DNA of 64,000 nt from Podarcis vaucheri (Eukaryota). The position numbers were made by a program, and so were the translations under genes. The DNA lies in NCBI GenBank assembly GCA_965113315.1, contig OZ220364.1, one strand, 5' to 3'. Within the stretch, counting starts at the first letter, position 1. Each line of letters starts with the position of its first letter. Shown here in pieces: positions 24,584 to 36,500 of the stretch. The notes beneath the pieces are model-generated. The model searched no databases and was not told where the DNA came from. It saw nothing but the letters and a program-made list of their open reading frames with translations.

Positions 24584-27500
24584 TATTATTATTATTATTA
24601 TTTTTATTATTTATACCCCACCCATCTGACTGGGTTTTCCCAGCTGCTCTGAGCAACTCCCAACAGAGGACTAAAAACAGAATAAAACATAAAATATTAA
24701 AAAGTCCTCTAAATAGGGCTGCCTTCAGATGTCTTCTGAAAGTCAGATAGTTGTTTATTTCCTTGACATCTGAAGGAAGGGCGTTCCACAGGGCAGGTGC
24801 CACTACTCAGAAGGCCCTCTGCCTGATTCCCTGTAACCTCACTTCTCACAGGGAGGGAACCACCAGAAGGCCCTCAGTGCTGGACTGAGTAGCAGTCATA
24901 TCAGCACAACATAGCTCAGTCAGGGTTGTGGGTTCAAGGTGAAAGATTCCTTCAGGGGTTGGACTAGATGACCCTTACGGTCACTTCCAACTCCAAAAAT
25001 CTCTACTAAAACATGCTGTTACATGTCTGTGCCACAGTGACATGGCAGGCAAACTAGACAAGCAGTGGCTTCTTTAGGATCAGAGTGTAAATGTCTTTAC
25101 CATTAAATTTGCTTTATTAAGTCCAGCCTGTATTTGTAGCATATGGCTAAAACTTAGTTTGATCATCTCCATTTTCTCTTAACACGCACATGTATAACCT
25201 TTATTAAAGGCAATACCATTTGGCCTGTTCTTTGTATAGTTAACGTGTGAGATTTTTGCTCTGTCAGCTTATAGCAGTATAGAATCAATGTATCTGAAAT
25301 GCAAGTCACCTTTTCCTTGTTTGTTTTCATTCATTTCCAGCATTTCAGGTGTTTAAATCAGCCACATGACTTTCCCCAATAAAGTCCCTCTTCAGGTTTG
25401 TTTTTTTTGTTACGTTTGGCATGTAAGTTCCCCTTTCTCTTTTTGATTTTAATAGGGACGCCTTGTGATTGGTGGTAAAGAAGTGACTCTGGAATACAGC
25501 CAGTCGCCTGAATTCTGGCACTGCAGGCGTGTGAGTATATGGAAAGAGAACTGCAAGTTATTTCAGAAAGAGCATTGAGAATTAGACCACAGATACAGTG
25601 CGTTGAATGCTATCCTTTTGGTGTGGTGTGCTACTTTCTGGGGGAGAGATCTCCAGCTGCTAAGAATGTTGTGGGTATATGTGTACCATCCCTCTGCTGA
25701 GAAAATAAGTGTGATTTTTTGGGATGTGGAATCTTCCTAAGCCCACATGGGATGCTGCTGCCAGGGTTTCCCCATTGGCAGGGGAGGGAATGTGCACAAA
25801 ACTAGACGCTTTCTGAGTTGAGAATTCTTCCTCGAATTAAATGAGGCTTTTGTGAATTGGCGTCTAGTATAAAAATCCCAGAGGTATTTCCCCCGTTTAT
25901 TTGCTTTATTTATTTGTTTATTTCATAAAATTTATACACTGCTTGACTGTAAGAAGAAAAAAACAACAACCCCTCAAAGTGGTTTACAACTTTGGTAAAC
26001 AGCAAAATAAAGAAAAAATTATAACCCTACTTTAAAACATACAAAAGTTGAAGTCCTAAAACAGATTAAAATTACCTCAACTTCCTAAGTATCTGGGTAG
26101 GCTTATCTAAACAGCAGTGTTTTCAGTATGCGCAAAAAAGAGAGAATACAGTGAAGGCACCTGCTTGATCTCAATAGGCAAGGAGTTCCAAAGTGTAGGA
26201 GTTGCCATACTAAATGACCAAGCTCTTACAAATGCAGAATGGGCATTATTTGGCACCTGCAGTACTTTAAAAACAGACATTAAAAGTAAGGAACCTGCAC
26301 TACTGCAAAATGTTTTGTAATATATAGGGCTGCTGTAAACAATGAAGAAAATAAGCTTCACAGGTCGCTTGATCAAGAGCAGGTTTTATTACAAGGAAAT
26401 TCCAATGAAGTACATAAGACTTGGATATTGCCAATGAGGAGTGATGATAATCAACAGCTTTGAGATTTTGCTCCATTGAACTCAAGACCTCTTCATGACA
26501 TAGGCTCTGGTGCTGCTTGCCTAAGGCCTAAACTACACTATGAGCAGATGCATGGGAGCTGCCTGCTTGCGTCTCTACAATAATGTGTAATTTTGGGGGG
26601 GGGGGGCAGGGGGAGCATAATGTGTCATTCTGTATCCTTCCTCTCCCCCACCTGCCCCAATTCATTTAGCTGCCGCTTTCAAGGGTTGGGTAAACAGTAG
26701 CATGACAAAACATCATGCTTTTTATCTGCACAATACCATGGAGATTGGGGCAGATGGGGCTCGACAACCTGGGAAGAAGAACCTCATCAATCTAGGAGAA
26801 GGAAAACTCTGGTCTCAAACCTCTGCTCTCTTGCGGAATATCTTTGGGACAAGAAAAGGCTCAGGAGTGAACCCTATACAAATCCGGAATGGAGCCCTAA
26901 GACGTTTGGATAGCGCCTTGTATGCCTCCTTCCGGGAACTCCTACAGCCAAGCTGGTGCCAAGCATATTGCTCTGCTTCCCTTTGGACCACATCAGCGAG
27001 GTCTTGTCATCGGGGCAGCCCAGGACCACCATATGTATTGCCTAATGCAGTGGTTTCACTTCATCCCTAGAGGCGCACTCCATTGTCTCTCAAAACAGAC
27101 AGATGCCACCAACCCTGGAGATGTAGGTGGTAGCACACACACACATTTTGATGCAACTTTCAGCTTATGCTTTAATAAAGCAATGGTGCAACTTTCAGCT
27201 TATGCTTTAATAAAGCAATGGCATTTGTATAAGAGCCAGGAAGTATATTGGATGGAGAAAACTATTTTAAGTGTCTTTCCCTCATGCTGTGCCTCTTTCA
27301 TTGCAGTGTAAAGTGTCCACAGTAGGGTATCGGTCATCCTGTTATTACTGCAGACTCCCAAGAGATGGTGAGCCTACTTTTGTTTAATTGACAATTTAAA
27401 TAAACAAATAGTAGTGTGAATACTAAGTGAATAAAAAACTGAGATGCACGTGGCCCTCCAGATGTTGTAGACCGCAACTCCCATTGGCACCAACAACATC

Positions 27501-30500
27501 TGGAGGGCTGTAGGTTCCTCAACTATGATGTTCTAGCAAATATTGCCAGCATTATTTGTAGAGTTATTGTGTTCCTTTCTGCAGATGGTTAACTTAAAAC
27601 TAGTCAAGCACTCTCCTTGACAGAGAGATTGGTCCGGACTTGGAACAGTCTAAGTTTGTATGAGTTGCAATACTTTTTTTTTTTTGCTTGAAAGTGCAGT
27701 GTTTCATCCAAAGTCTCTCTCTTCAGTAATGCTATGTTGGCAAGCTGGCACTACCAAAGAGAGAGGAAGGGAAGAAATTACCTCCCAAGCTGTTAAAGGC
27801 TAATGATGGAGATTTAGAGGAACAAGTGGTGCTACTCATGTTTATGCTGATCCTTGTATCTGGTTTGTTAGCGTGATCCTGTCTATCACTGGTGTAAATC
27901 ACAAACAAGTCTATAATATGTAGACGGCTAAGCTGAAAACAGTTTTCACTAGTACATATAAGGGACTAAAAGAACAGTTTTAATACAGTGGTTACTGCAA
28001 ACAGGGTTTCACTTGTTTTACTTTTTGCTAGTAACAGAAGAAAAGGTTGAAAAGGGGGAGGAAGAGTTATCTGAGGAGCCAACACCAGAGGAAGAACCTC
28101 TTAAGGACCCTGCTCCCCCACAGGAACCTTCTCCTCAGAAACCTCCTTCTGAGCAGGGAAGTCAACCTCAGGAACCTGAACCCAAGAAGGATGAAAGTAG
28201 GGAACAAGAAAAGAAAAGGGACTCTGAAATGTACCCACCTCGAAGGGAGAACCAAGAACATGGTTCAAGAAGAGAATCCATGGAAACCAAACATCAGGAG
28301 GATGAGAGTAAAAGTAAGTAGATTATACTTGCAACCATTTGGTCTCACTGACTGAGTTCATAATGGACACTTGGACTTGAGTAACTTGCAAAAAGAGGCT
28401 TGAATTGAAGCTTGCAGTTTAGAATTCTCTTTGTGTTCTGTAGCATTATTGATTTTAGCACTGAGTGGTCTTCAAGTCAGCTGAGCCTAATACCAGGAGC
28501 TTTTGACACAGGATGACAGAAAAGATGAAGTACATTTCTCCTCCTGAAGTAATATTTCACTTTCTCCTTGTAACTTTGTAACAGCAATTATGCTAAAACG
28601 CATCCCTCGCTTCACTCCGCCGGAAGTGATTGTAGGACTTCTGGCACCCTACGTCCGCTTGTCTACTTCAAGTGTGCGTGTCATGAAGAACAAAGCCGGT
28701 CGGATGAGCTACACCTATGGCTTCATTGAACTGGACTCTCATGCTGTATGTTGTCATTCGCCACCCACCACCACACAGCATAGTATTGACAATTCTATGG
28801 TAGACATACACTTGTGCAAACAGTGTCACCTGTCCTGTAGCCCCCATGTGATTCATGGGGAAGGAGAGGAAGAACAATTCTGTCAAATCTGGAGCAACAC
28901 TGGATGTTTTCCTGTGCCTTTATCTTCTTATGTGACGGAGCCCCTTTCTGGCTTGTGTTTTTGTGTATAATGTTTAGTTACAATATTGGAACAACTTCTT
29001 CTGCCTTCCCTGTCCAAGGCTAGCCAGTAGTGGTTGCATAGTTAATGCATTAAGAGGATGCTCTTCCTCCTGATGTGGCCATAAAGCTTCCACTTTATAG
29101 TTTATCAAGCACAGCTCAGTGTTGTCTCCAAACACAAAACTGTGGTTAACCTTAACTATGGTTTACAAAAACAAGCCAGCTTCATAAATCATAGTTTGAA
29201 GTTGACTTGCTTTAGAAAACCATGGTAGAGAGTACCTGTTTTGTTTCATTTCACCTGTAATTCTGAGCTATAGTTAGTCAAGCTTCTGAACTCCTTGTGG
29301 CTATGTGTCATAGCTTTTTCTTCAGGGCATAAAGGCTGGGCCAAGAGAAAGAGTATGCCTCAGATCAACTGGTGTCAGAGGGAACTGGTGACCAAGAGGA
29401 GGAAAGTGAGAGCTCCTTTGGGGACGGGTGGGACTCACTTGGATTTAGGGCCGCTAGAGGAACTTGATGGGTGGGGGGTATAAATAATAAAATTATTATT
29501 GTGACAACTAATTTCTGGCTTAGTGGCTCAAACTTCTCTCCCCCCCCCCACGCCCAACTGGATTCTTGTCTCCACAGGAAGCAGTCCGCATAGTGAAGGT
29601 TTTACAAGATCTGGATCCCCCAATCAGCATAGATGGCCGTGCTGTGGATGTAAACCTAGCCACCGGAAAGAGGAGGTAATAGAAACCTCACTAAAAATAC
29701 ACAATTATGACTCTGTGTTATCAACATATGCTTTTACCAGGCACCAAAACATTCAGATTGATGCTTGACTATACATTTGAGGGAAGTTTTGCAGAGGACG
29801 TTTTTTTACAAAAAAACCCAAAACAAAACAGTAGCATTATGACTATATGCAGTTGAATCTCCTTGTTAAGATGGCTGTGCTATTGAACTCAGCTCATAGT
29901 TCCTTTGCAACAATGTGGTGATATCACATCTAAGCCATTTGGAAGGTAGCCATAGTGAACATGAGCAACAGCCGACTGAGCTATAAAGCCAAGCTTCTTG
30001 TTGACCAAATTGCCCACTGAAACTAGTAACATTAGAGTGAAGCAAAAGTAACACTTGCCATGCATGTAGCATCTTCAGAAAACTTAAATTGGTATTAATT
30101 CAGATGTTCTCTTTCTGTTGCTAGAAACGAATATGGAGACCATGGTGATGTTCCACGCTATAGCCAGGTATGGTTGTAGTACAATCTGTGATGGCACTCT
30201 GAGGGAATTGACTCCTGCCTCTCAGCTATGCGAACACTGAGGGATTGAAGAGTTTGATTTATGAGTGTTTGCTGGCATTCTTAACTGTTCTATAGAAGTT
30301 GCCACTAGGGAAATTACCTGTATTTTCCAGTATTGGTTCAGATTACTGCCCTTCCAATCTTCCTCCATGATGAGCAGGAGAAAGTCATCTCTTCTGTAGG
30401 CATTTCGGTAATACACATCTGATCTGACTTAGCGCCTTTTAATGTCAATAGAGGACCACATACTGGCTTTCCTGAGTTTCACATTTAGGTCAGAGAAGTA

Positions 30501-33500
30501 TACATAGGTGCCTTTTATTGCATGACAACCCAGTACATGCAGATTAGTCTGGAGTACTTTAAATTGTGGGGAAATGTCCACCAGATGTTCTGCTTTCTTG
30601 GTTTGTGTTTTTAAATGCCTTTTCTGTATTAGGGCAAACGGGGCACAGGTGACAGGAGAGGCGCTGACTCACAGAAGCGAAGATCAGAGTGTAAGACTCA
30701 ACTTCATTTTCTTGTTACTGTGTTCTTCTGGTCACTTTCTACTTGTGAAGGCTCAGTGTCCTTATTCCCTTTTTAAAAATGTTCCTTATATAGGGTTATA
30801 TCCAACAAAGCACTGATGTGAATGTTCCATCAGTATAGATTTCTACTTGTGCAACAGAACATTCTTCCCTCCTCTTCCCCCTGTGTACCCCCTAAATCTA
30901 TTCTAGGGGTTTTCCCAAACATCTGGAGCAGATTTGGGGCAGGGGGGAGTCTAGTTGTGAAAATGGAAATCCTTGCGCTGACAAGATGTTTTGGTTGAAT
31001 TCTGCCCATAGGATTGTTGACATTTTCAATAACAATTAGAAGTTTTTGCAAATGCACTTTTCAAAGCTGAGTATGCTTTGAAACAAAACATTTACACCAG
31101 CCTTAAATTTCCTGTTTTTGGATTTTGTATTGGACATCGGAGATTTTTCAGTAGAAATAAGTGTTGAGCCTATGTTTGACTTTCATTCCGACTGCAAAAT
31201 CTTGCAAGAACTTTTTCTGACTTGAAAAATTCAGCCAAATTGAGTGTAGAACCGTAAGGCTTCCCTGCGCTAAATGTGGCTTGCCTGTGAGCCATATCTG
31301 GCTTACCAAGTCATAGGAAGTAGACATTGGTCCCCATCAATCCTGATGGGATCAGGAGATCAAGCTATCTATCCTTTAGAGAGCGATTGGGAGATAGAAT
31401 CCCTCTGCTTGTTCTTTAGAGATCTACTCCAAAAGGTAGCCAAAGGAATCTTTTGTCTCTGATCTCAGCACTGTGTACCATAGCACTGATATTGAAGATT
31501 AAGCCTAGTCTTTAAGATGAAAAGCCAGCATTTTCCCTCTCCTTTAGCACTGGAGTGGGGAGTGCTGTGAGTACTGGTTTTGTGTATGTGGTTCTGCATG
31601 TGTTTATATTTATTTATTTATTTATTTATTTATTTATATTTATTATCCTGGCAACCCTTTTGGAATCTTCCCCCTCGAACACCAGAACGTCTTGGGCCAT
31701 CTCTGTTTTTATTTAAATAATGTTTGACATCTTCAGAAGTATATGTTTGTCCTTACTTCTTTTTTCCCCTCAGCTTCTTCCGATGTGTCCACATTCATTT
31801 ATGATCCAGACACTGGAAACTATTTTGACCCCATTACAGGGGTATACTATGACCCCAATACTCAGGTGAGGGCATGTGCATGTGTGAGCTCACTTAGCCA
31901 TTTCAGTGCCAGGAAAAAATATTCTCTAAACATGTGCCAAATATCTCCTTCCAGAGAGATGTTCCAATGGGTCGAGAAGCATCTTCATCCCCACCACCAC
32001 ATACTGGGAGAAGGCGCAGGAGCCAGGATAGGGCAAGTGAACGAGATGAGCCATCCAGTAGAGATAACCGAGAGAGAAGAGAGAGACACAGAAACAAGTC
32101 GGCCAAGGTAAAATATCTGCGCCATCATCATTCTTATGAACTGTACAAATTGGCATGGTCCAAAGATTAATGCTGCCATAGTCAAAGCTTGCTTTTGCAG
32201 CTAGGCAAGTCTAGGGATTTGCAAAATATGCAATAGATAGGGTTTAGCTTAACCTGTAGTTAATCCAATTTCCTTTTAAACTCATAATCCTTTTAAGGCA
32301 CCCAGCTTCTTCATGAGCACAAAAACTCATTTGATCATAAAAACAAGCACATCAAACACTCTTTCAAAGGAGGGCACAGGTTTGTGGATCCAAAGGAGGG
32401 CACGGGTTTGTGGATCCAGAAACCAAGTGCTATTAAACCTAAGTGTGTATTTTAAAAGATGCAAGCAAAGTAACTAAAATATAAAAATCATTATTTGTAG
32501 AAAATACTATGATTCACTGGACTGTTGAAATGGTACGTTGCAGATCAGACCACTTGAGTGTACACAACATTTTAAAAATGACCATTCTTGAAAACATACA
32601 ATCCAACTTTGTCCCTGAAGTTGCCAAGAGAGCAAAGCCCAGTTCACATCCAGAACTGAGAGTTCCAAGAGAGGTGCTAGTAAGCCCATAGGTGGGCACA
32701 AGTAGTTCAGTATAACTGTCAATAATTATTTTCTTCTTTTGAGATAAAAGTTCTGAGAGTGACAGAGGACTGTAATTTGTTTTAGAGGCTGCTTCCTCAA
32801 ATTGCTCAAGCTTCCAGTTTTCCTGTGACTCATCCTGAACAAATAGGAGAATTTTCCAGTAGTAAACTGGATATCTAAAATACCAAGTTTCCATGCACAA
32901 TAAATCTGGTCTGATTCTTGTTGTGTAATCTCCAGGGAATCTTACATGCTAAGAGTTACCCAGTAAATGAGTGCATTGCACTTGCCCTTGTTTAAAAGCT
33001 AGTTTGACTTGATCTGAACAGGGAGGGAAGAGCAACATTAATTGAATTCAAGAACAGGAGCTGAAAGCATATTTTCAACATCTCATACAGCCAGTTGCAG
33101 ATTTCAACATTTGGCATACGTGTTCCTCCTTACATCTTTGATGCGCTGTTTGCCAAGTATCTACCAGCTACACAATCCCCTTTGAACACCCCTCTGACTC
33201 TCAGCCACAGTTTGTCATTCTTCGATGCAGAAGAGTATAACTGAGCATAGCAAAAGTGAGAGAGACAAGAAACCATGTATCTCCTTTATGCTTGTTGCTG
33301 TGAAGGAAGTAAAGGTACTAGTAAGAAAAATGATTGGAGGCAGTCAGTGGGGAAGCCGAGCTGGCAATAAGTTTTAACTCCCAGTCTTAATGTTTCAGAA
33401 TGAGAATCCAGAAGAAAAACTTCCTGCAGAAGATGTCTTTAAAAAACCACTACCTCCAACACTGAAAAAAGAAGAGAGTACACCCCCAGTAAGGACTTTA

Positions 33501-36500
33501 CTTGGCATTTGTCATCTGGAACATTTAATTATTATTTATTGATCTTATCAAGTATGAGGCTTACTGTCCTGCTGAAATTTGTCTGGTGCATGTTGTAGTA
33601 AGCTAGTCAGTAACAATTCTTAGCATTGTAGCAGGGAAAGTGCCCTGTCCCCCTCTTTCTTGCAGCAACACTGAATGGACTGCTGTGTGGTTAGGGGGCC
33701 TCTTGGACTGTATCCCTAAACCTACTTTCAAGTGGGAGCCATTGAACTTAGTGGGACTTACTTCTGAATAAACTTGCATGTATAGGATTTTGTTGTCAGT
33801 GTTTCTCTTGATGGGCTAAGTTGTTTAGATTTCATTTCTCTTCATATCAGGCTTTTTTTAAATTGATTGAAAATGAGGAGAAATTGTAACAGATTTCAAA
33901 TTGTCTGTGTAATGTGCATCAAAAAAAGCAACATGTCAACAGGAGCACCATGTGCAAGACAGCAGTGCTGACTTAGAATTGGTCTACACATGCAGCAGAA
34001 TGTTGCATTCAACTTGTGAGCTAGTTGAATGGCCTATACCGTTTCAGTCTCTTGTTTCAATCAGGGATTGAGTCAAAGTCAACTTTATGCAACAATAGTA
34101 CCAGTTCCCAATTATTTTTATTTTGCATGCAGGCACTCCTTCTGTTTGTCTTCTTACATTTTGGCTATCAGTTTCCCCCCTAGTGAATTCATGGTAGAGG
34201 TGAGATTCAAACCAGGGATTTCCCTGATTGTAGCTTAGTCACTTAGCAACTGTACTAGACCAGTAATACATCACTTAAGGCATCTAAGACCTCAGATCCA
34301 CTGAATTGGCTTTGGTTTGTATGTGCTTCTCATTCTGCCCCCCCCCACTCCCGCCCCTTCAGCCAAAGGTGGTGAATCCTCTGATAGGACTCCTAGGAGA
34401 ATATGGTGGAGACAGTGACAATGAGGAGGAGGAGGAGGAGGAAGAAGAACCACAGCCACAGCCTCCACGACCACCAGTGCAACAGGAGGAACGGCCACAG
34501 AAGCTTGAAAATGATGAAGAAAAGCTGACTGACTGGAATAAGTTAGCATGTTTACTTTGCCGGAGACAGTTTCCAAATAAAGAAGTCCTGATCAAGCATC
34601 AACAACTTTCCAATCTTCACAAAGTAAGGAAAAAGCAACCCGTTCAGGAGAATCCGCTATTCATGCTTTATCTTGCATAAAATAAAACTTCTCCATATTT
34701 CACAAGCACCTCTCACAGATGTAATTTTTCCTGATTTCTCTTTCCTTCCTGTATTGTGTCCTGCTTGAATGCACTCCTTTCTCTTTTCAGTGCTGTGATC
34801 TGCTAGTGCTATGCCTGCTTTTGAAAACAGCTTCAAATCCTGGTTTCAGATTGTGTTAACCGCAAGGCAGGTGTAGCATTAAACCATGGTTCATACTGAA
34901 AAGGGATGGACGAAAGAGGATGGTACATGTGAGCTTGTGGAGGATATCAGAAAGTGTTAGATGATCATTATGATCCTGTTTTCCCTTTCCCAAAAATTAG
35001 CTCAGTGCAAACCTTTCCAATCCCCTTCTCAGCAGAAATAAAAATCAGAACAACAGTGAGAAATCAACAACAGTGTTAGATTAGCCAAAGGCTTCCTAAA
35101 AATCCCAGGTTATACCTGAAAGGGAACAGTCATTGCCTGCTGAGTTTCTCTGGGGAGGGCATTCCACCAAGTTGGTGCCCAAGCTTCATTTGGCAATGAC
35201 ACCCAAAACAAGGCCTCAGGTGGCCATTTTTGAGAGAATGTAAAGCTGTCTTTTTAGGAACAGCAATACATGGAATGGATATGAATAAATTTAATTTCTT
35301 TGCTTTCATTTTGTACTCTTAGGCATATTTATTTTGTAGTAATATGTACTCAGCTGTTGGAATTCAGTATAGCGCTTCGTTTTATTTCCAAATGTTTGCC
35401 CATACATCCTACTATCTTACAAAATTTAAGAAATGGCTAAACATTTTACATGGCTAGAATAAATATTTTTCATTGCCTGAAGTGAGACAATTCAAAAGCT
35501 ATTCATTCATTTTGCTTCTTACAGCAAAACCTAGAAATTCATCGTAAAATAAAACAATCGGAACAAGAGCTTGCGTATTTGGAGAGGCGAGAACGTGAGG
35601 TAATTACATCTGCTTTGTATGGTCCTGTGCAGCTGTGGCGCTGCATAAACAAAACACTAATTCCCTGTGGGCCCCAACAATGCTTACACACACACACACA
35701 CACACACAGAGTGCAACAGGTATCTAGATTCTAGGCTTAAGTGACTCCTGAAAGTGAATTAAGCAATCATCCATCATCTATCCAATTTTTTGTCATGCCG
35801 TGACAGCCTTAAGCAGCACCATCAGTTGATACTGCGAACTTTCCTTTGTGTGACCTCTGTGCCTCCCTGAGATTTCCATTGCCATCTGGAGAGTGCTGTT
35901 GTTTTTCTGGGTGCCATTAGTGTACCTGCTATTTAGAAATAAAGTCAAGTGCCAATAAAAGCTCCAAGTGGGAAAGAATTAAGCAACCTGATCGTGTAGG
36001 AACATGGTTTGTTATAAACACCCAGCCCTGGGGACTCTTCTCTTAGCTCTGCACAGAGACTGCTCTGGCTCTCGTCTTGCCTTGATAGGGAGAGACACAA
36101 AATGGATCTGTCAGAAGATGTAGACTCTGACTTCTAAATTTATGCCCACAGAAAAGTCTTGCTTTCAGTGTGCAGCCGTGTTCTTGGATCTGAATGTCAG
36201 GCCCCTCTCTGCCTTAATGCTAGCACTTCATTCCACACTTCCAAAGAAAATTAAACACCCTGAAAGATAACCAAATGGTTTCAATTTTATGGAGATGCAA
36301 GATCAAAGTGGCTGATACTTGTGCTTTGATATTACATTGATAATACAAAGTTAATAAGATGGGTAGGCTCTTGTAGATGCTTGTTTGGAAATGTCTGGAA
36401 AATAAAGCAAGATGCTCTGTTGCAGTGCTGAGGGACTACTGGGGAATTTTTCTCCACTCCTTAGGTTAGTTGCACAAATGTATAATTTTTAGTGAATGAG

